DNA of 46,758 bases from a virus (Duplodnaviria > Caudoviricetes). Position numbers and translations under genes: made by a program. Positions within the stretch are counted from its first letter, which is position 1. The number at the start of each line of letters is the position of its first letter. Positions 43,714-46,758 of this stretch are shown here, one piece after another. The stretch spans positions 1 to 46,758 of the IMG/VR virus record IMGVR_UViG_3300020057_000052; one strand, 5' to 3'. Under the pieces are notes generated by a model. It was given only the letters and a program-made list of their open reading frames with translations. It searched no databases and was not told the origin of the DNA.

Positions 43714-44375
43714 TGCTGCATTCCCTGGTTGATCATGCCGCCACCCGGGGGTGGCATTTCAGAGGCCGGCGGAGCAGACTCGGGCGCGGGTGCGTCGCCG
43801 GGGATGGCCGCGCCGGCCTTCTCGGCGTACGCCGCCAGCTTGTCGCCGTCGACGCCGCTGGCGTGCAAGATCGTGTTGATGAAGACGTGCATGCCGTCGC
43901 CGACGTCCTGGTCGGTGATGTCCTCGCCGGTGTCGGCGATGAAGCTGGCGGCCTCGGCCACCATGATCAGCCCGGCGGGGATGATGAGCGGCGGCGGCAG
44001 GGAGTTCTGGCTCTCCTTCATGAGCAGGCCCATCAGGCCGGTGACGCCCTGGCCGAGCTTTGTTGGCCAGTCGCCTTCGCCCTTGATCGTCTCGATCATC
44101 AGCCGGTGCGTCTTGCTGTCGAACATGACCTTCTTGCCGGCGACGACGATGCGCCTCAGTTGCTCCGCCTGGTTGCCCTGGAGGTGCAGCTTAGACTCGA
44201 TCGACTCCGGCGTGATCGTCAGCTTGCCTCCGCCCCCGGCGCCTTCTTCGGGCGCGTCTTCCCCTGCCGGCTGCGCGGCCGGCTCGGTGGGCGCCTCGGT
44301 GGGCGGGGCCGCTTCGGCCTGCTCGGGCGGCAGCTCTTCTTCTGCCGGGCCCATTTTCTCGTTGATCAGGCCCAT
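43710..44375 (-). CDS. Hypothetical virion-associated protein
   Basis: Coupled within the ejection cluster; GLIN/GMIN terminal motifs. Confidence 0.65.
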   Translation of the reverse strand: MGLINEKMGPAEEELPPEQAEAAPPTEAPTEPAAQPAGEDAPEEGAGGGGKLTITPESIESKLHLQGNQAEQLRRIVVAGKKVMFDSKTHRLMIETIKGEGDWPTKLGQGVTGLMGLLMKESQNSLPPPLIIPAGLIMVAEAASFIADTGEDITDQDVGDGMHVFINTILHASGVDGDKLAAYAEKAGAAIPGDAPAPESAPPASEMPPPGGGMINQGMQQ

Positions 44376-44377
44376 GG

Positions 44378-45259
44378 TCAGGCTCCAGAGCGTTGGTAGA
44401 CGGGCATCTTCAGGCCCTGGACCGACGCGTTGAGGCGCGCGCGTTGGCGCGCTGAGGCCTGCTCGTCGAGCTTGTACTTCTCCTTCAGCAGCGACTGGTC
44501 GCCGTACGACTTCGCAGCCCCGTTGATCATTCCGCCAATGAGGTTCGTTGCCTGCTTGTTGCGGCCCATCCAGTCGGTGGCGCCACTGACGGCGTCGCCG
44601 ACCCTGGACCCGAACGACGGCTCGACCTTGGAGCCGTAGTTCTCGCCGCCGAAGATGGCCTGCTTGTCGGCCGAATTGGATTGGTAACCAGCCGGCTCGG
44701 CGGCCGGCGCAGCGGCGTCCGCCGCGGCGGCGGGGTCCATGCCAGGCGCGGGCGCCTGCATCAGCTCGGTGACGAGCGAGCTGTCTGGCGCCGAGGTCGC
44801 GGCGGCGGCCATCTCGCCACCGATCATGCCGACATCGGGGGCCATGGAGGCCGCCGCGTTGACGACCCCGTCGGTCGCCAGCGCGGTAGCCGACAGCGGC
44901 TCGGCGGCGGCGCCGATGGCGCTCGCCGCGTCCAGCGCGCCGGGGGCGGCCGCCAGGGCCTCTGACGCCGCGAGATCAAGGCCGGTGCCCACGGCGGCGG
45001 TCTGCGACAGCGAGCCCGTGGAGCTGGCGGCGGCGGCCTCACCCAGCGCAGCGGCAGACGCGCCGGTGGTGCCGAGCGAGGCGGCGATGCCGGCGACGCC
45101 GCCGACCAGGCCGATCACACCGCCGAACATCGAAAGGGTCTTGTTGCCCGTGATGGCGCCGATGGCGGACAGGGCCGTGCCGGCGATTGCCATGCCGGTG
45201 ATGAGCGTGGCGGCGCTAATGCTGAGGGCCGCCGCGACGGCGGGGATGACCATGGGCAT
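44378..45259 (-). CDS. Probable ejection (DNA transfer) protein with hydrophobic G/A-rich N-terminus
   Basis: AAGGAG RBS; composition typical of pilot proteins. Confidence 0.65.
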   Translation of the reverse strand: MPMVIPAVAAALSISAATLITGMAIAGTALSAIGAITGNKTLSMFGGVIGLVGGVAGIAASLGTTGASAAALGEAAAASSTGSLSQTAAVGTGLDLAASEALAAAPGALDAASAIGAAAEPLSATALATDGVVNAAASMAPDVGMIGGEMAAAATSAPDSSLVTELMQAPAPGMDPAAAADAAAPAAEPAGYQSNSADKQAIFGGENYGSKVEPSFGSRVGDAVSGATDWMGRNKQATNLIGGMINGAAKSYGDQSLLKEKYKLDEQASARQRARLNASVQGLKMPVYQRSGA

Positions 45260-45637
45260 TTAAGACTCCTTCGTGGCGCGCGCGAACGGCAGCGCCATGA
45301 GCATGTAGTGGTTGACGCTGCCGTGCTTCCAGGTGTGCCGGAAGCCGAGGCGCTCGATGAACTTGGTGCAGCGGCCGTCCCAGACGCGCGTCGTGAGGTA
45401 GCCGCGGCGCTCGAGCAGCGGGCCGAGGAACTCGGCAGCGCGCGCTCGAGAGATGAAACCGCGCCCCTGCTCGGTCGGGGCCATGGCGTAGTGAATCTCG
45501 GTGCCGCGCATGGCGGCGAGCGCCACCAGGCGGTCGGCGTGCCGGTGCTCGACGATCGTCCAGTCTTCCTGGAAACTCGTCAGGCCGGCGCCGCCGGGGA
45601 CCGGCAGGCGCGACCAGAGCAGAAACTGCGAATGCAT
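45260..45637 (-). CDS. GNAT-fold acetyltransferase-like protein of podovirus ejection clusters
   Basis: EIHYA....QGRG...FIERLGF pattern. Confidence 0.6.
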   Translation of the reverse strand: MHSQFLLWSRLPVPGGAGLTSFQEDWTIVEHRHADRLVALAAMRGTEIHYAMAPTEQGRGFISRARAAEFLGPLLERRGYLTTRVWDGRCTKFIERLGFRHTWKHGSVNHYMLMALPFARATKES

Positions 45638-46758
45638 CAGCCGCCCGGGCTATCGAAGTCGGTCGAGTTCCCGGGGGCGCCGGCCTGCTCCGGCGTTAGC
45701 GCCGGCGTGCCCTTGCTCTTGTTGCCGCCGGGGATGGCCTCGAACTGCCCGGGAGCCAGTAGAGTGCCGATGCCGATGCCGGTCACGTCGGACTGGATGT
45801 CCATCGCGTTGCGATACAAGGTCGTCAGGTTGTCGATGGAGGCCTGCTTCGCGTCGGCGTTCATCTCATTGTTGGACATGATCTTCGTGACCTGCTCGAC
45901 CATCGACTGATAGCTCTGCGCCAGCGACTGGCTGGTTTGCATGCGGGTCTTGAAGTCGGCTTCGATCTGCGCCATCGACGTGCGCGTGTGCGCGTCAATC
46001 TGCTGCAGCTGCAGCTTGCCCGCCGCGTCGGCGTTCTGGAACGCCACCTTGGAGACGGTGTCGTACTGCTGCATGAGCTGCTTGGCCGCCACGTCCTGGT
46101 TCGACAGCTGCGCCTGCATGCCCGTCTGCGCGTCGAACTTGGTGGACTCGTTCTTCGCGGCGGCGTTCGTCAGCTCGGCCTTGGCGGTGTTGTCGAGGTT
46201 CTGGCTCTGCAGCGCGTTCTTCGCGCTCGCGCCGAACTCGCTTGCCCTGTTCGAGGCGCCGGCGTTGAACTGCGACGCCGAGGCGCGCGTGGACGCGTCC
46301 TGCTTGGCGATGTCTATGCCGGCGTTGTAGCGGGCGGCCTCGGCGGCGCCGACGCCCATGCTCGAGTTGATCAGCCCGCGCTTGGCCATCTCCTGGCTGG
46401 CGCGGGTCGTCGCCTGCTGCATCCCGTAGTTGTCCGACTTGATCATGTCGTCGAGGGTGCCCTCGACGGTCTGCTCGCGGCCGACGCTCCATACGGTCGG
46501 GTCGTACGTGCTGGCGACGCCGCCGGTGACTGTCGACGGGTCGACCAGGGCGACGTTGCTCGAGGTGTTCGAGCCAGTCACCTGGGGCGGCGGCGTCATT
46601 GCGCCGCCGATCAGGCCGGTGTCGACCTTCGGGGCCTCGGCATCGGCGTATGGGTTGGGTGCGGGGGCCACGCTGGGGCCTTTGTTCTGGGGCATCGGCG
46701 TGACGGGGTTGTATTCCTGCGTCGGCGCTGCCGGGTATTGCAGGGAGACCGGCGGCGC
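45637..46758 (-). CDS. Probable ejection protein (5' end likely beyond the window)
   Basis: MAKRGLINSSMGVGA motif, Q/A/N-rich helical repeats; frame open to the window edge. Confidence 0.7.
   Translation of the reverse strand, partial: APPVSLQYPAAPTQEYNPVTPMPQNKGPSVAPAPNPYADAEAPKVDTGLIGGAMTPPPQVTGSNTSSNVALVDPSTVTGGVASTYDPTVWSVGREQTVEGTLDDMIKSDNYGMQQATTRASQEMAKRGLINSSMGVGAAEAARYNAGIDIAKQDASTRASASQFNAGASNRASEFGASAKNALQSQNLDNTAKAELTNAAAKNESTKFDAQTGMQAQLSNQDVAAKQLMQQYDTVSKVAFQNADAAGKLQLQQIDAHTRTSMAQIEADFKTRMQTSQSLAQSYQSMVEQVTKIMSNNEMNADAKQASIDNLTTLYRNAMDIQSDVTGIGIGTLLAPGQFEAIPGGNKSKGTPALTPEQAGAPGNSTDFDSPGG

Larger units (their letters stand above)
1..46758. mobile_element. Fragment of a tailed dsDNA bacteriophage genome (podovirus-like, integrase-encoding)
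   Basis: Replication, recombination, int/xis, lysis and ejection-protein modules; tightly overlapping small ORFs; no host housekeeping genes. Confidence 0.96.

Noticed and set aside
1-46758. Diversity-generating retroelement or retron
   Set aside because: No reverse transcriptase motif and no TR/VR pair differing at adenines were seen

Overview
The whole window is a GC-rich fragment of a tailed dsDNA phage genome with podovirus-like organisation. The host is probably a proteobacterium (inference from RusA, SAR endolysin, Rz/Rz1 spanins and an IHF site). From left to right it contains: (i) a leftward arm with small ORFs, RusA, an iteron-flanked AT-rich origin candidate, a Prim-Pol/helicase and a Cro-like HTH gene; (ii) a rightward early/middle arm with many small ORFs, a repeat-built modular cassette region, a PQ-loop membrane protein, a Sak4-like ATPase, SSB, Cas4-like nuclease, SF2 helicase, two nucleotide hydrolases, xis/int and a tRNA-Gly-derived attP; (iii) a leftward late arm with ejection proteins, a 4057-aa polyvalent virion protein and the lysis cassette. 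Terminase, portal, capsid and tail genes are not visible and presumably lie outside the window. The most striking observation concerns the giant protein. Its enzyme domains are separated by a repeated [F/Y]-[S/A]-[D/E/A]-N-[P/E] junction motif, and four of its low-complexity linkers carry same-strand +1-frame nested genes with their own Shine-Dalgarno or promoter signals. These are candidate built-in immunity or regulator proteins for injected effectors. Also notable are a dispersed 16-bp TATCA-N6-TGATA operator family, an apparently decapitated repressor gene, an attP whose 7-bp T-loop core is inverted, and a structured RNA with an anticodon-like loop. All family assignments come from motif recognition by eye; no database search was run.
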